From a virus, in IMG/VR virus record IMGVR_UViG_3300013136_000003, positions 23,382-87,381 of that record: a stretch of DNA of 64,000 nucleotides; one strand, 5' to 3'. The stretch's first letter is position 1. The number at the start of each line of letters is the position of its first letter. The notes under the pieces are model-generated. The model made no database searches. It saw nothing but the letters and a program-made list of their open reading frames with translations, and was not told the DNA's origin. Of the stretch, positions 40,138-52,037 are shown piece by piece. The translations under genes and the position numbers were made by a program.

Positions 40138-40985
40138 TTTTTTCCTTTCGAGTAATAGTCTTATATTTGCCCTATCAATCAACTATAAAGCTATGATAGA
40201 AAAAGTTCGCGATTTTTTCAGAGAGCGCTACGCTCACGTAAATTTTCAGGCCATCAGCGATGCCACCATCGAGGAATTCATGAGCCGCTCCTACATCAAG
40301 GACCGTGCCTTCGAGAGCCAGATGGACCTCCTCTACGACATGATCCTGGCCAACGACATGGCGGAGGTGGAAGAATGAGCCTCATCGACGAAGCGGGAGC
40401 CAAGTCTCTGATGACCTGGCTCCCGACCCGCGGGATGGACCCGGTGGAAGTGACCATCACGAAGGGCGAGGAAACCCTGACCCTCACGGTCACGAAGGAT
40501 TCCGACCTGGCAATGCTAAAGATACTGTGCGCTCAGAACGGCGCGAAACTTGAAACAATGGAATTAGTGTCAGCTAACTAAAAATGAAAACATGAAATGG
40601 ATCCCGTTCGTCGGCATCTTCCTCGTGAAGTTCCCGATCCCAGGAAAGCAGTGGAACCTCTGGTTCTGGTACCAAACTTCGGTAATAATAGCTAGCCTCT
40701 TGGGTCTCTTGGCCTGGACGGTCTGGCCAGTATTCGTGTAACCTTCCTGTGGCGGGAAGTTTAAACCCAAAAGATATAAACCCTCAAGAATTCAAGGAAG
40801 CGCTCAGCCGGTGCAAGACCGAGCAGGAAATAGACAGCCTTTGTCAAAGGGAAGTTAAAGTCCTGTTTCTCAGCCCGCAAACGAGCGAACTGATGAAAGC
40901 AGTTTACGCTGCAAGGTACGTGATAATTACGAAAAGAATCGCGGCCTGATTTTTTCCTGTCGAGAAGTCGTGGTACTTTTACCTA

Positions 40986-41056
40986 GTTATCTTGCTAAAG
41001 GCAAGCTCTGACGGGCCGAACCTACGGGACCTTGGGAGAGTGTACTCCGCTCTACA
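40986..41056 (+). ncRNA. Small RNA family copy 1
   Basis: Directly behind early promoter, no ORF; GTTATCTTGC-TAAAG-GCAAGCTCTGACGGG...GGGAGAGTGTACTCCG then T-run. Confidence 0.6.
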
Positions 41057-41159
41057 CTTTATTTTTTTAGAGAAAATTTTTCGAAAATTTTTTACCCGGA
41101 TTTTTTCCGCTCGTGCCGGATGATTAATTTTACCCCATAATCAATCAACAACCCGCCAC

Positions 41160-41699
41160 ATGAGACACAATCACGCAGCACCCCGTCCGAACCTCAACCC
41201 CAAGGCCCTTCCCACCCTCGCTCTGGCAGGCCGCGCAGTGTTGACGTTTCGTAATACCGAAGCCGGCACCCACTTCACCGCCCGCATTCGTCAGAAGCGC
41301 GACAAGAAGGACCGCAAGGTCAAGCTGCCAGCTTACAACGTCGAGATCAGCCTCCTTCAGGACGGCGTACAGCGCTACCGCTACACTGGCATGATCTTCA
41401 CCGATGAGCCTCAGATCCGCATCTGGATCGCTCGTGAGCTCAACGAGTCCCGTCCGAACGATGCACGTCTCATCGCAGTGTTCCGCTGGATGATCCGCGC
41501 CATCCAGAATCCTGAGATCCTTCGCGGTCGCGTCGGTCTCTTCCACGAAGGTCGCTGCTGCCACTGCAGCATGCCTCTCACCCATCCTGAATCCGTCTAC
41601 ACCGGCCTCGGCCCAGTCTGCCTCAAGCACATGCAAGCTGACCTCGCTCGTCAGAACGTAACCATCGCTGAGGTCTTCGCTCCGGTCGAGCAGATTTAA
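41160..41699 (+). CDS. DUF6011-like Zn-binding protein
   Basis: HEGRCCHC..PLTHPES...GLGPVC. Confidence 0.75.
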   Translation: MRHNHAAPRPNLNPKALPTLALAGRAVLTFRNTEAGTHFTARIRQKRDKKDRKVKLPAYNVEISLLQDGVQRYRYTGMIFTDEPQIRIWIARELNESRPNDARLIAVFRWMIRAIQNPEILRGRVGLFHEGRCCHCSMPLTHPESVYTGLGPVCLKHMQADLARQNVTIAEVFAPVEQI

Positions 41700-41897
41700 C
41701 CGACCCAGGTCGGTAGGCCGGCTCCGAAGAGGAGTCGGTCCGGCTCGTTCGAGGACGAGGATAGGGTATACTCCGCCCTGCCCATCAGTATCTAAAGTAC
41801 TCCCTAGTAAACTGTTGCAAAATTTTTAGCCCAGATTTTTTCCTTCCAACAGTTCGTGTTATATTAGCTTCATATTAATCAACTAACACTTTTCACC

Positions 41898-42155
41898 ATG
41901 GCATTCAGACACCAACCCATTTCGACCGAAGACCTTCAGGCTCGCCTCCGCAGCGGAGTCGTTAGGTTCGCCTTTGTGAAGCTTGATGGCTCTCTGAGGG
42001 AAGTTCAGGGAACGCTTAACTTGAACCACATCCCTGCGACCAAGCACCCCAACGGGAACGGAAGCCCTTCTCCGAGAGCGGTGCGGTTTTTCGACTACCT
42101 CGTCGGAGAGTGGAGAAGCTTCCGCATAGACAGTCAACTGTTCGTATTAGAATAG
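41898..42155 (+). CDS. WYL_2/Sm-like SH3 beta-barrel protein
   Basis: GVVRF.F.K.DGS.RE..GTLN...FFD....EWRSFR. Confidence 0.8.
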   Translation: MAFRHQPISTEDLQARLRSGVVRFAFVKLDGSLREVQGTLNLNHIPATKHPNGNGSPSPRAVRFFDYLVGEWRSFRIDSQLFVLE

Positions 42156-42226
42156 TCTCAGCCACACACCCGAGCCCTTCAGATTGGCTCGGGTAGGAGG
42201 GATAAATAGAACAAAAGGCCCTCCAC

Positions 42227-42802
42227 ATGTCACACGTAATGTCATTTAATGAGTTCATAACCGAATCGATACAACCCATAAACGAGATGCCAAGACACCA
42301 CAGGTACGGCGGTTACCGCAGCAGGTATAACGGATCAGCAGAGTACTACAACGTCCTTCCTCGCGACGAGATGAGAGCACGTAAGCTGAGCAAGAGACCA
42401 TCCAACTGGAGAGCTAACATTTCCGACGAGGAGGTAGCCATCATCAATGCCAAGAAGATGGCCAAAGCGATTACCGACGAGGGCAAGATGATCGCTCGCA
42501 TGGAAGCGGTGTACAACCAGTGGGGTCCGGGTCCAGTGCTGCAGCCTTTTATCGACCGGATAATGGAAGCCATGCCGAACAGGAAGTACACAGCAGCGTG
42601 GAGGATCGGTACTCAGGACGGAGCGGTCGCAGCAAACCCTGAAGGCCACATGTCCGCAGACGATGACGCAGCTATCGCTCACATACTCGCGGACCTTGGA
42701 GTCCTGCCGGACGAGCACAAGTTCAAGGGTAACAGTGCCGAGCAGATAATCTACCAGGTAGCCTACAACAAGGCCATGGAAGAGGAACTAGCTAGGGCTT
42801 AA
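42227..42802 (+). CDS. Tagged virion-type protein inside early block
   Basis: GGATAAATAG upstream; MSHVMSFNEFITES. Confidence 0.7.
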   Translation: MSHVMSFNEFITESIQPINEMPRHHRYGGYRSRYNGSAEYYNVLPRDEMRARKLSKRPSNWRANISDEEVAIINAKKMAKAITDEGKMIARMEAVYNQWGPGPVLQPFIDRIMEAMPNRKYTAAWRIGTQDGAVAANPEGHMSADDDAAIAHILADLGVLPDEHKFKGNSAEQIIYQVAYNKAMEEELARA

Positions 42803-42824
42803 GTTACTCCCTAGTACCGGTCTG

Positions 42825-42965
42825 ATTTTTTCCTTTCAAAAGTTATTGTTAAATTAGCAATCTCAATACTAGAGATATGAGATCCAACAAGATAATTTTT
42901 TCCTTTCAAAAGTTATTGTTAAATTAGCAATCTCAATACTAGAGATATGAGATCCAACAAGATAA
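42825..42965 (+). repeat. Perfect 70-bp tandem duplication containing early promoter and first codons of HDAC gene
   Basis: ATTTTTTCCTTTCAAAAG...ATGAGATCCAACAAGATA occurs at 42825 and 42895. Confidence 0.95.
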
Positions 42966-44122
42966 AAGTATTTTACAACCCGAAGCAAGTCCTATCAGCG
43001 GACGCGAAAAAGAACTTCAGCAAGAGCCCGCTCAAGCCGAAGCTTCTGCTCGATCATTTAGCTGATAACGGGTTGGCTGACCACTTGACCATGGTCAGTA
43101 ACTTCAGACCGTACAATGCTTACGATTTTCAGATAGCCCACACGGTCGAGTACGTCAACTCTTTCTTCAAGGGCGGTTACTTAGCTTCGACCAACGGCCT
43201 GGCTTGGAGCCAGCAGTTCGCTGACTCTGTTAGGTACACGAACGCCAGCCTGTGGGAAGCTATAAAGAACTCCCTAGTAAACCCTGACGAGGTAAGCTTC
43301 AGCCCGACCAGCGGGTTCCACCACGCTCGTCCGAACAAGGGTTCAGGGTTCTGCACGTTCAGCGGGCAGGTCATAGCGAGCGTCAAGGCTTACCGCAAGT
43401 TCGGAGCGGTTGGCTGCTACATAGACTTGGACGGACACTTCGGCAACAGCCTCGAAGATTCCCGGTACTTCCAGCCTGACCTCAACGAGGCAGTACCTGT
43501 TGGATTCAATTTTAACTCGCGCCTGCAGGGAGAAGCTTACTACAAGGATTTAACCAACTTCGTTTTAAAGAGACTAACTCCTGCCATAATCAACGGCGAG
43601 ATCGATTACGTGGTGTGGTGCCACGGAGCTGACAGCCACGAGTGGGACCAGCTCGGCTACCAGGTAAATACCGAACAGTGGGTACGCTGCTCCAAGTTCT
43701 TCTGGACGTGGGTGAAGGAGATGGACCAGGCTCTGGGCCGCCCGCTCTCCGTAGTAGCTTCCCTATTCGGTGGTTACAGGTCGGACGATTACGATTCGGT
43801 CTTAAGCCTCCACGCTAGCGACTTACGCGAGTGCATGAACTGCTTGCTCGGCTTGGACGTCTACTACGAGACAGACGTTAAGCCTGCTCCGAAGAGAGAC
43901 TACTTCAACACTCACAGAGACTTCTACGTCGGCCGGACCGAGGGGTCAACCATAGACCGTAGTCTCTACCGTCCTTCCACTGATCGCGGGACGAGACTCT
44001 CCGACCAAGCCATGCTCGACATCAGGAGAAAGGAATGGGAAAGAGAACGCGACCGCCAGAACGAGGAGGAGTTCGAGAAGTACTACGCTCTGAGACAGAA
44101 GTTAAACGGCAGGTCAGAGTAG
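42947..44122 (+). CDS. Histone deacetylase (Zn-dependent HDAC/AcuC) family protein
   Basis: AHT.EYV, GFHHA....GSGFC.F, DLDGHFGNS, HGADSH..D.LG, GGY. Confidence 0.9.
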   Translation: MRSNKIKVFYNPKQVLSADAKKNFSKSPLKPKLLLDHLADNGLADHLTMVSNFRPYNAYDFQIAHTVEYVNSFFKGGYLASTNGLAWSQQFADSVRYTNASLWEAIKNSLVNPDEVSFSPTSGFHHARPNKGSGFCTFSGQVIASVKAYRKFGAVGCYIDLDGHFGNSLEDSRYFQPDLNEAVPVGFNFNSRLQGEAYYKDLTNFVLKRLTPAIINGEIDYVVWCHGADSHEWDQLGYQVNTEQWVRCSKFFWTWVKEMDQALGRPLSVVASLFGGYRSDDYDSVLSLHASDLRECMNCLLGLDVYYETDVKPAPKRDYFNTHRDFYVGRTEGSTIDRSLYRPSTDRGTRLSDQAMLDIRRKEWERERDRQNEEEFEKYYALRQKLNGRSE

Positions 44123-44617
44123 ATTTTTTCCTGTCAGAGATTCTTTTTACTTTTACTTTAAATTATTAAAGCAATGAACTTAACAGAAGTCAAAGTCCGC
44201 AAGTCAGAACGCCCGCAGAAAACAAGGATATTCATCTTCGAAAAGGGCGAAGGAATTCTTGAAAACTTAATGAAGCGGCACAGCCGCCCGTACGAAGCGT
44301 ACAAGAAGGAAGTCCTTCCTCTCGTGAAAGCATGGCTCGCCGCCAACCGGCCAGACGTCAACGAACTGGAAATCGGCAGAAGCATAGGCTGGAGCCAGAA
44401 AGCTGGCTGCTCGTGCGGCTGCTCTCCAGGGTTTATCGTCGACTACTTCGGCTGCCGAGACATTTACGTAACCATCTCGAACTGAGGTGGCCATGCCCGC
44501 CCGGCATGGGTATCTCAGGGTCCCCTCTACCGAGGGGATTTTTGTTAAGAGAGAATTGAGCCCGATTTTTTCCTGTCAACCAGTCGAATTATATTAGCAG
44601 CATCAATCAACAAAACT

Positions 44618-45214
44618 ATGAGCGCAGAAACTACGACAAAAGTCACCACCCTTACCGAAGCCAGAGCAGCCATCGCCGGAATACCAGGTCTTCACCAAGG
44701 CGGGTGCGGCATTGCTGCTCTTGCCCTAGCTCGTTGGATAAAGAACAGCAACATGGCCGCTACCACTCTGTTCGTCCTAGGTGACAACAGCGGCTGCTAT
44801 TACAGGACCAACGTTAGCGCGATAATCGATTCGTCGATCGAACCCGACTCGTGCTCGCACATAGGGCTGATAGTATACGACTTCAACAACAACAACCAAC
44901 AGTACATAATCGATGCTCGTGGAATATACGACATGGGTGAGTACCTCTACATCAACATCGTTTCGAAGGAACAGATAATGGTCAGGTCCATAAACCGAGT
45001 CGACCGGTGGAACGATTCTTTCGACCGTCGTAACGTTGCTGAGATAGCTAAGCGCCTAGGCATAGACCTTTCCGACATCGATTGCAGAACTCGCAGCGAG
45101 TTCTGTGAAGCTGCGGCTAAGGAAACTAAGATCGAAGAAACTCAGACGGTCGAAGGCTACCAGTCCCTTCTCTGGGAAATGCTGCAGCCCACGTCCCTGC
45201 TGATGTCAATGTAA
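44618..45214 (+). CDS. Early hypothetical protein
   Basis: GGCGIAALAL...H...IID..G...WN..FDR; follows early promoter. Confidence 0.7.
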   Translation: MSAETTTKVTTLTEARAAIAGIPGLHQGGCGIAALALARWIKNSNMAATTLFVLGDNSGCYYRTNVSAIIDSSIEPDSCSHIGLIVYDFNNNNQQYIIDARGIYDMGEYLYINIVSKEQIMVRSINRVDRWNDSFDRRNVAEIAKRLGIDLSDIDCRTRSEFCEAAAKETKIEETQTVEGYQSLLWEMLQPTSLLMSM

Positions 45215-45778
45215 GTATATTATTAACAACTTAAAATCAACCGACACGAAGAAAATCTTTTCGTTACTGCTCTTGACCTTGATGGTCGCGATCGTTCTCC
45301 CGTCCTGCACAGACAACCAAAGAGCCAAGAGGTTCGGCGGAACCATGGAGTACCAGGTACCGAAGGGCGAGGAGTTCGTCAACGCTACGTGGAAGGACAA
45401 CAACCTGTGGGTCATCACGAAGAACCAAACTACCGGAACGTTTTACATGCATGAGGTCTCTGATTACGGAGTCATGCAGGGGAACGTCGTCATCACGCCA
45501 TGAAGAAAGAGCATGCCATCATCCTTGACCTGATCCGCCAGTACCTAGAGGACAAACCAACCCTAAGGTTTGGGCAAGCCCTCTTCAACATGGGAATCCT
45601 GGACCAGGAAAAGAAACTGGACGAGAGCGGGATCCACCGGCCGCGAGACATTCACGCGGACCAAGATCAACAGATCATAAGCAGAATCAGAGAACAAGCA
45701 AAAAAGAATCCGGGAATTTAACCCGGATTTTTTCGTTTCAGAGAATAGACTTATATTTGCTTATCAAATTTAACTAAC

Positions 45779-46162
45779 ATGCAAGAGCACCAGATCGAAA
45801 CAATGCACAGGGAATTGAAGGAAGCCGCACGCACCGTCCTAGCCAAGTACGGCATGGACCTCATGTCATCCTCTCTTTCCTACAGCCGCAAGCTTGACCG
45901 CAGCGGAGTTGAAGGTTTCCATGTCTAGATCAAAGGTATAACCCAGGTTACCTCTGAGACTGCCAAGACAGCTGACGATGGAATGATCCGCTCAGGTTTT
46001 GCTGGACCCAACACCAAAGCATGGGTTACTGATCGTAACGGTCGTCGCCGCGAGGTGATCATCACCGAAGCTAAGAGGTCGAAGTATGCCTTTTACTTTG
46101 CTGACGACCAACGTAAGAGCCCGATGCTCGGGCACTTCCGTCTGTTCTCCGCTACTCAGTAG
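45779..46162 (+). pseudogene. 127-codon early ORF interrupted by in-frame TAG (45926-45928)
   Basis: Starts right after early promoter; ...GFHV*IKGIT... stays open to 46162. Confidence 0.6.
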
Positions 46163-47816
46163 CGGGGACAGGATTTTTTCCTTTCGAGAAAAGGTCTTAT
46201 ATTAGCTCCATAATCAATCAACAATGGGAAAGAAGTTAAATAAGTTCGCAAAGCAGATGATCGACGCCGGCATGCCGATGAAAGCCGTATCAGAGCTTAC
46301 CGATCTCTACCTTGACCAGAATTTTACTGGCGTCGTGGAGATTAAGATAAAGGAAGACCCATACGTCGAGGGAACGTTCGCCATAAGGATCGTGCAGATG
46401 CAGGAAGTGTACTACCGGCACGAGAACGAGGAAAAGAAGATAGAGTACTTATCCGACCTCGACCTCCTCTGGAACAAAGGCGATTACGGCGAAGTCGAAT
46501 TCAACACCTGGCCGCCTACTGCCGGTCCAAATAACCTCCAATTCTTATAGCCAATCATTCAACCCATAAAAAGACATGAACAAAGTACCTATTGACAAAG
46601 ACGGTCACCGTATCCTTACGAAGGAACAGCGCCGGAGAGTTTACGAAAGAGCTCTCAAAACTTTCAAGAAGCACGTCGAGACAGTGATCGAAGAAAAACG
46701 GGGACAGTGTAACGGAATGTGCGTGCACGTCGACCGTGCAGTCAGTTACCTGGGATACGACAGGTACTGGCCGGTAAAAAGATCGTACAGCCGGAAAGCC
46801 TGGCCGGAATACAAGTCGTTCGAGCCGAAAGCCGGCTGGAAGAAGAACACCAGCTTCTGGCTGACCAGGAACGTCAAAGCCAACGGACACACAAAACGAA
46901 TTGCCATCCTGACCGCCCTAGCCGAGGGCAAGTCAAAAGGCGAGTAGTTGATTGATTCTGAAAGAGATGGGGCTTCTGTGGCGGAGGTCCCATTTTTATT
47001 TTTTCCTTTCAAAGAAAATTGTTACTTTTACTTCATAATCAATCAACCTATGGAAAGAACAGGACTAGCTAAAATCGATTTTAACCGCAAGGTCGAGCAG
47101 ATTGCAAGGCAGGATCGCAATAACCGGATGAGAACCGGCCAATACAAGCCTCTGCCCATGTGTCGTAAGGATGCAAAAGCCAAGGTTGAGGAACTACACT
47201 TCATCACAGCCCACAGGAAGTACATGGGCATGAGAGAGTACGATTACCTCGTTAACCGTGCAGTTGAGTGCGGCGAGGGAACCATCTTCTACAAGGGTCG
47301 AACCATAAGCATAATGTAACATGAACGAGATAAATTCAAAAGGATTTTCGATCAAGCTGTGCGGAGACAGCAGCGTTGGCATATTCGATGCTTACTACAA
47401 GCTGGAAGGCGACTTCTGCTTCGAGTCAATGGAAGATCTCCAGGAATTCAAGGAATCCCTTCACAAGACCTTCGAACTTTTGACCGACATGGGAATGGAG
47501 ATTGACACGTTCGAGGAGTTGGAAAAGTCCGACCAGTACGAAAGAGAAGTCGACGAAAGACTCAACGATTGGGAGAAGATCGAAGCTAGTGACGACCTTA
47601 AATCCAACTTTCGTTCTTGGGAAATCGACCATAACGACGAACAATCAGCTGACGCTCTGTTCTACACGATGACTGCACGTCATCCTCAGTGCAAGTCGAG
47701 CTGGCTGCAGAAACTGTGTGATAACTGGGTAGGTTATGAAAGAGACCCAAACGAAGATGTCGACTGATTTTTTCCTGTCGAGAATAATTAGTACATTTAC
47801 CAAATAACTTACTGAA

Positions 47817-48158
47817 ATGAAAACATTTGTATTACTTCTCATCGCTGGTTTGCTGCTCGTTACCGGCTGCCAAAAAGACGACACAGTGGTCGTTCGGAAC
47901 GACCACACAGCTCAAGTAACGGTCAAAGCTTATGGAGACAGCTCATTCATCTTTGGCTGGAGAACTTCCGACATGGAAGACGGATACTGGAACAAGTGGT
48001 TGGAAGAAGACAGTTTAACTCTAGTCGTTGCTCTTAATGTGATGGACACCCTGGAAGTAGGTAGTTACGGCAATCGAGTGGTAGCTTACTTCGACGACGT
48101 TCTCTACGTGGACACAGCTTTCTCCGAGTACACTTACCTAAGGTTACCGATGCAATGA
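47817..48158 (+). CDS. Early lipoprotein
   Basis: MKTFVLLLIAGLLLVTGC lipobox. Confidence 0.75.
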   Translation: MKTFVLLLIAGLLLVTGCQKDDTVVVRNDHTAQVTVKAYGDSSFIFGWRTSDMEDGYWNKWLEEDSLTLVVALNVMDTLEVGSYGNRVVAYFDDVLYVDTAFSEYTYLRLPMQ

Positions 48159-49395
48159 AATTGATAGCTTTACTATTAACTGTGCTAGCTCTGGTTAGTT
48201 GTGAAGCGATAAAGCCAGTGGTTCAAGAAGTCGAAGAGTGGGACACAGTCTACCAAGCCAAACAAGGGTGCGTGTGGACTCAAGTAAACGACAGCACGTG
48301 AGTAAAAGATACCATTCCTTGATTTTTTCCTTTCGCCGAATTGTTCTATATTAACTCTATCAAATTCAACTAATACAAAAAACAGATCATGATCGAACTG
48401 AACATCAACCAAATTTTCGTGACGGATGACATCACACAGCTGCCGTTGTCCGTGCAGAAAAAGGTTCTCGAAGAGTTGGTGATCGCTCACATCCGTAAGG
48501 AAAGCAGGCCGGACGACCTGGACGTTCCAATCGACATCTTCGACGGACACCTCGTTCGCATTCCGCTTCCTCAGGAACCCAACGCAAAGTGGACCTTCCG
48601 CAACTGGGAATGGGCCAAAGGTTTTTGCGAAGCTCACCCAGGCGCCGTTCCTTGCCATGACGAGGACCTCGACCACTCGAGCTATACTTTCATCGACTGC
48701 AGCCAGCTGCGAGTAAGGCCGATGGAATAAGCTGACATCTTCTCAACGGAAGTGGAGCCCAAAAGGCTCCACTTTTGTTTTACCTGGATTTTTTCGTCTC
48801 GTTAAAACTTGTTAATTTTACAGCATAATCATTAACAACATGGCAAAAGAACTAATTGTAGCCCACTTCGCAGCCGATTACAAGGACACTGAGGAACTGA
48901 TCGACGGATTCAAGGAAGCTCTCACGCGTTTTGGAATCAAAGTGTACGACGATCCGAACTGCGAAGGAACTGACACATACGGTTTTCTTCTCTCGAACGA
49001 GGAACTGACCGAGGACGAAGTAAAAACTTTAACTAACGTATCATGAAGCAGCCGCTCGACGTTACCCACCCAGCCATTCACTGGAACGCAGCTGACCAGA
49101 GTTTTTCTTGCGAGCTGTCAAGCATAAGCTTGAACCACATTGACCTTCAGTGCCACCGTCACGAACCGATCGAGCTCGTGAACCCGAATACTGGTGCAAA
49201 GGTTACAATAACCTGGGTCAAGGACGACAAGGACGGAAGCGGCGAGGACACTTACGGGTTCAATTACATCGGTTACAATAAGAGTACAAACCGTCACTTT
49301 ACATTTTTGTTCATAAATGATTAACACTTTTGAACCGAATTTTTTCCTGTCAGAGATTCAATTTATATTTGCTTCATACATTCTAAACAACCACA

Positions 49396-50115
49396 ATGGC
49401 ACAGAGATTTGAAACATCGGAAACCCTTCCACCGTACTTCAAGGAGATCTCGCTCGTCGAGGACCACATGACTAAGGAGGAAGAGCAAGCCTTAGCTCGT
49501 AGGATTCAAAGAGGGGACGAAGCTGCTCTCAACAAGCTCGTGAGCGCGAACCTTAAGTACGTCGTGACCATGGCCAACAAGTTCATCGGCATGGGAGTTT
49601 CGGTCGACGACCTGATTCAGGAAGGAAACCTCGGCCTCATCGAAGCTGCCAAGAGGTACCGCCCGACAGCTGACACGAAGTTCCTCACCTATGCCAAGTT
49701 CTGGATCAGAAAGAGCCTCAACCTCGCTCTGTGCAACCACGGAAGGACCGTTCGATTACCAGTCAACCAGGAATACGACATCTACAAGCAGAAGATGAGG
49801 GGCGAGACCCCGAACCTTGCCAACGTTCGCATCGACATTAAGGTCGGCGAGGACAAGGACGTCAGCCTTGGAGACCTCGTTCTTCGCGACGAGTTCAACG
49901 ATCCGTTCGCAAACCAGGACACTGATCGCATCATGAAAGCTCTTCTCGAAATCCTGAAACCTGCCGAGAAAAGGATAGTTGAACTCTTCTACGGCTTGAA
50001 CGGCGGTGACGGTATGTCGACCAAGGAAGTAGCTGAGCAGGTCGGAAAGACCGCAGCTGAAGTCAACCGCGCTCTGAAAGTCGCGAGAGCGAAGATGAAA
50101 CGAATCGTCAAGTAA
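49396..50115 (+). CDS. Second sigma-70 family factor
   Basis: YFKEI, NLKYVV..A, DLIQEGNLGLIEAAKRY, KF.TYA.FWIR, RTVRLP; region 4 STKEVAEQVG. Confidence 0.93.
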   Translation: MAQRFETSETLPPYFKEISLVEDHMTKEEEQALARRIQRGDEAALNKLVSANLKYVVTMANKFIGMGVSVDDLIQEGNLGLIEAAKRYRPTADTKFLTYAKFWIRKSLNLALCNHGRTVRLPVNQEYDIYKQKMRGETPNLANVRIDIKVGEDKDVSLGDLVLRDEFNDPFANQDTDRIMKALLEILKPAEKRIVELFYGLNGGDGMSTKEVAEQVGKTAAEVNRALKVARAKMKRIVK

Positions 50116-50480
50116 TTTTTTCCTTTCTTAAAATAGTTCTACTTTTACCACATGGAAACTCCAAAACTGAGAACATCAACGGAAGATACTGCTCGCTGCT
50201 GGGCAAAGACGGGAACGGACATTCTATTCTCGGAATCAGACCCCTTCGACTGCAAAGTCTCGAAGGAAAAGCTTGAGCGGAACTTGTACAACCGAATACT
50301 GATCAACCTCGTAGACCTGGAAACCCCAGAAGTAAGCGAGGTTCAGCTCAAGGAATGCATCGAACTATCAAAGAATTAAAGGTATACATTCTGATCACAA
50401 AAGAGTTGCTAGGATCTTACCTTTCAACTCTTTTTTAGTATATTATTAGTAGATAGACCAAAAAAGACTGAGCGCACCAG

Positions 50481-50750
50481 ATGGAAACTAACAAACCTAT
50501 AGACCCGAATAAAAGAACGTATCACGAACTTCTCATGGAGCTGTTTAACCTCAAGGAGAAGGATTACGATAAGTTCATGCACAAGCTTTACGAAGCTTTG
50601 ACAGGCGAAGCTCGAGACGCGCTTCAAAGTCCTGACCCAGTCTCAGAAAAGAAGAAAGCTCTGTGGACCATGATCCAATACTTCCAGAACAAGGAAGAGT
50701 ACGAGAAGTGCGCTGAGCTGAAAAAAATGGCTGATTCATTACAAGATTAA
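50481..50750 (+). CDS. Hypothetical protein with YF...EEYEKCA.L (UVR-like) motif
   Basis: MIQYFQNKEEYEKCAELKK. Confidence 0.7.
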   Translation: METNKPIDPNKRTYHELLMELFNLKEKDYDKFMHKLYEALTGEARDALQSPDPVSEKKKALWTMIQYFQNKEEYEKCAELKKMADSLQD

Positions 50751-51234
50751 ACGATATGACAACTCTTTGGACACAATCATGCACGGACCAGTTTTTGGCT
50801 GCAGCAGTAGTAGTGATAGCAGTGGTGATAACGATCGCTGTTGCTTCCTGGATAATCAAAAGGATAAGAAAATAGGATGCCTAGCCAGCTAAGAAAGAGC
50901 AAGAAAGTCTGGATCATAACCGTTCGAACGGTGGACAAGGAAACGCCGACCGGAGTAGCCACCACGTTCAGGTCAGCTTACAAGCTAGCTCTTCTTGACG
51001 GAAAGATAAGCAAGCCCTGCTTGGAAGAGAGACTCGCGAGGATCCTGTACAGGAAGACTGGATTCTGCCTGATCTGGAATACCGACGAGTTCGAATCCTT
51101 GGAAGAAGCAATGTACTCGCCGGTCGGTCGGTTGGTTAAGATACAAGAGGTACCAGTAAGACGTACCTAGCAGTTGGTTGATTGATGCACGAGAGGAACC
51201 CAAACGGTTCCTCTCGCTGTATAAATAGAAGTAT

Positions 51235-51933
51235 ATGTCAGTCGTACTAAACCTTCAGATACATGGGCAAGGAGCAATGGTAACGTTGCAAGTGTACAGC
51301 CCGTCCAGCTACTACCGCGGAGCTCTATTCTCCAGCAAGGATACGAAGCTAGACCTGTTCTTCGAAACGATAGGCAAGGTGGAAGTTGACTTCCCGTCGG
51401 TCGAATATCGATCTACTTTCTTAACTGACCTGCGAGCCGGGTTAGACGGAGCGGCTGATTTTACCCTATCCAACCTAGGGCCGATCGCAACGACTACTAC
51501 CACGACATCCGGCCCGACTACCACGACCACTACCGATTCTCCGACAACAACGACGACAACCGCTGGAGCTACAACGACCACGACGACAGAATCTCCTACT
51601 ACAACGACCACGACTGAGGCAGCCACGACTACCACTACGACCGCGGCTACTACCACTACGACGACTCTCGTGCCGGAAGTCTACTCGCTATCCAATAGTT
51701 CTTACGGAACCACCGGAGCGGCTTGCGCGATAGACACGCTGAGCCAGACAGTTTACGTTGCTAACGGTATAAACCTTAACAGCTTGAACGGCAACACAAT
51801 CTTTACTGACTCTAGCCTGACTACCAAGATGGTAGGAGATGGTAACTACTACACCATATCAGACGGTGTCAACAAGCACGCGATCATGATCGATTCTGAA
51901 GGACTGATGTCCAACAACTTTACTTGCACGTAA
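51235..51933 (+). CDS. Late Thr-rich (mucin-like linker) protein
   Basis: GTATAAATAG upstream; repeated TTTTTT blocks. Confidence 0.75.
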   Translation: MSVVLNLQIHGQGAMVTLQVYSPSSYYRGALFSSKDTKLDLFFETIGKVEVDFPSVEYRSTFLTDLRAGLDGAADFTLSNLGPIATTTTTTSGPTTTTTTDSPTTTTTTAGATTTTTTESPTTTTTTEAATTTTTTAATTTTTTLVPEVYSLSNSSYGTTGAACAIDTLSQTVYVANGINLNSLNGNTIFTDSSLTTKMVGDGNYYTISDGVNKHAIMIDSEGLMSNNFTCT

Positions 51934-51969
51934 TTTTTTCCTTTCGCGGATTCTTCTTACTTTTACATC

Positions 51970-52037
51970 GTTATCTTGCTGAAGACAAGCTCTAACGGGT
52001 TCGCAGAACAAGCGCAGAGGGTATACTCCGACCTACA
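51970..52037 (+). ncRNA. Small RNA family copy 2
   Basis: Behind early promoter; GTTATCTTGCTGAAGACAAGCTCTAACGGG...AGAGGGTATACTCCG. Confidence 0.6.

Noticed and set aside
40986-41056. Hammerhead ribozyme (CTGACGG) in the small-RNA copy
   Set aside because: CUGAnGA and GAAA cores are not present or conserved across the three copies
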